DNA of 64,000 nucleotides from Flaccisagitta enflata (Eukaryota): NCBI GenBank assembly GCA_965153355.1, contig OZ231126.1, positions 11,904,001 to 11,968,000 of the forward strand, read 5' to 3'. Shown piece by piece: positions 62,355 to 64,000 of this stretch (position 1 is its first letter; each line of letters starts with the position of its first letter). The notes under the pieces were generated by a model. It saw only the letters and a program-made list of their open reading frames with translations, ran no database searches and was not told where the DNA came from. The position numbers and the translations under genes were made by a program.

Positions 62355-62582
62355 CCGGTAACGCGGGATCAATCAGTCCTTTGTCCATTCTCCTTTTGGG
62401 AGAGTTGAAGTGGAGATATGGAAGCACTTCCGGTTTCTTCGGATCCGGATTCTGGCGTGTGTTGACGAGGAAGTCGGTCTTCAAGACTTCGGGATCTTCC
62501 GGCACGAGGAAGAAGCGCGACCTGAAGCATCCCAACTCCTCAAACTCACCGTCGAAACATTTCGTCAACAGAGACCGAGTCG
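60323..62582 (-). pseudogene. Pancreatic lipase-family gene with an in-frame TGA (nonsense allele or pseudogene); 5' exon not found
   Basis: Exons 62356-62582, 61711-61917, 61248-61399, 60323-60863 are phase-consistent. Motifs KIIVHGF, HIIGHSLGAH (Ser), RITGLDPAEP (Asp), [21 protein letters not shown]-x2-QPGC, CNHGRS (His). TGA at 60674-60676 is in frame. Confidence 0.85.
60985..61120. mobile_element. 136-bp hAT MITE in a lipase intron
   Basis: TIR tagggatgtggaagcg / cgcttcaacatcccta; perfect 8-bp TSD atggatag. Confidence 0.88.
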
Positions 62583-64000
62583 CTGATAGCAATTTGTTTT
62601 TGTAAAACGTACAACAAAGAATGACTCAATGAATGAATGAATGAATGAATGAATGAATGAATGAATGAATGAATGAATGAATGAATGAATGAATGAATGA
62701 ATGAATGAATTTATGAATGAATGAATGAATGAATAATTGAATTGATTAAGCTGATAGAGCGTGTCGACTTCTTATGTTTTTGTTCTGATCTCTTCTTATG
62801 AGTCAATGGATGAGTTTATGTGTGAATGAATTACTGAATGAATGAATAATCACTAGAAAGTATAAACCATCGAATGCATGAACGAATAAACGAATGAATG
62901 AATATTTGAAGGAACGGACGAATCAATCAATCAATCAATCATTCAGTGGATCAAAAAATCTGAACAGTATCTGGGTCCGCGACGGTGGGGGTTAAAGATC
63001 AATTCCATAAGATCGCTTTGACCAAAAGATCGCTAACTCTGTAAGTTTGCTAAAACTTTACATTTAGAGCCTCCGTACAAAGTTTCATGCAAATCCGTTT
63101 AAAAATGGCAAAGTTATGCACATTTTTCACTTTGAGGCTAGTAGGGTAGTTGGGTGGTAGGCTGGTTTGGATAAATAGTGCGCATATGTTGAGTTCTTCC
63201 ATTTAGAGACTCCATACCAAGTTTCAACCAAATTGGTTGAAAAATGTCCAATTTATGCAAGTTTTTCACTTTTAGACCAGTAAGCTGGTTGGGTGTTAGG
63301 TCGGTTTGGCAAGTTAGCATGCTCAAACATAAATAAATCACATATGTTAGAAATGTATGTCCGTCCGTTTCTTAAGTATGTGTGCTTTTGTTTCTTTTGC
63401 GTGCTTTGGCTTTTCCTCTTTCTCTATTATTCAATGCCAGCGTCTTTTGTTTCTCGCCATTTTTTATATTGAACGCTAGATGGGTAACCATATGGTTGCG
63501 CCTTGTATTTTGTGCCATTTGTTTTTATTACGTAGGCATACATACGTAACTCGTCTTTCGTATCATCCAATTTTTGGATTGATTGATTTTATTTATTTGC
63601 GGCATTGCTTCTTAAAGTGATTGATTGATTTTTCGTGATCGATTGAATGCGCCCTTGGAATTCACTAATTTCAATAATCTCTCATCTTTTTCTTGCAGAT
63701 AAACTTATGAACGGACAATTAACGTTAGTTTGACATCGACAGACTGTGGGTTGAAACCAACGAAAGTGGGCCTAAAAGTAAGTTTTATAGACGCGTCTTT
63801 TCTTTTATTAACGTTGTTTTTATCTTGTCTTCCGGTCTGTTATTTTTGTCTTTTGCCCTTTTGCATTTTTATCGCCGGATTTTAGTATGGTTTTTATCGC
63901 TTGCCCGATCAGCTTGCTATAGGGATGATATGGATGAATTTAATGGGATGGGCCGGGGCAGGGGCAGGTATTATCAGGTGGCATGGGCTCTGAAGAAGAT

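Overview
Repeat-rich, intron-containing eukaryotic (invertebrate animal-like) DNA with no prokaryotic features or CRISPR array. Manual splicing gives four gene models with phase-consistent GT-AG introns. (1) The 3' part of a + strand Cys-rich modular gene (35..8971) combining an aerolysin small-lobe/APT-like motif, an ShK-like six-Cys module and two repeated YGC-x4-CW modules. (2) A ~1478-aa protein (12640..23419) fusing a signal peptide, multiple Ig domains and an EGF domain to an XK-related (Xkr scramblase-like) multipass domain; its first exon is interrupted by a 1.26-kb hAT element with a perfect 8-bp TSD. (3) A 15-exon CatSper4-like channel gene (38940..47684) with a six-Arg S4 and a TEDGW filter. 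(4) A - strand pancreatic-lipase-family gene (60323..62582) with an in-frame TGA in the lid. A frameshifted probable pseudogene lies at ~57198..60030. The rest is dominated by DINE-1/HINE-like (Helentron-associated) elements, hAT and TA-target MITEs (often nested), micro/minisatellites, and tandem duplications spanning exon boundaries. Gene models are hand-built predictions; family assignments rest on recalled motifs, not database searches.
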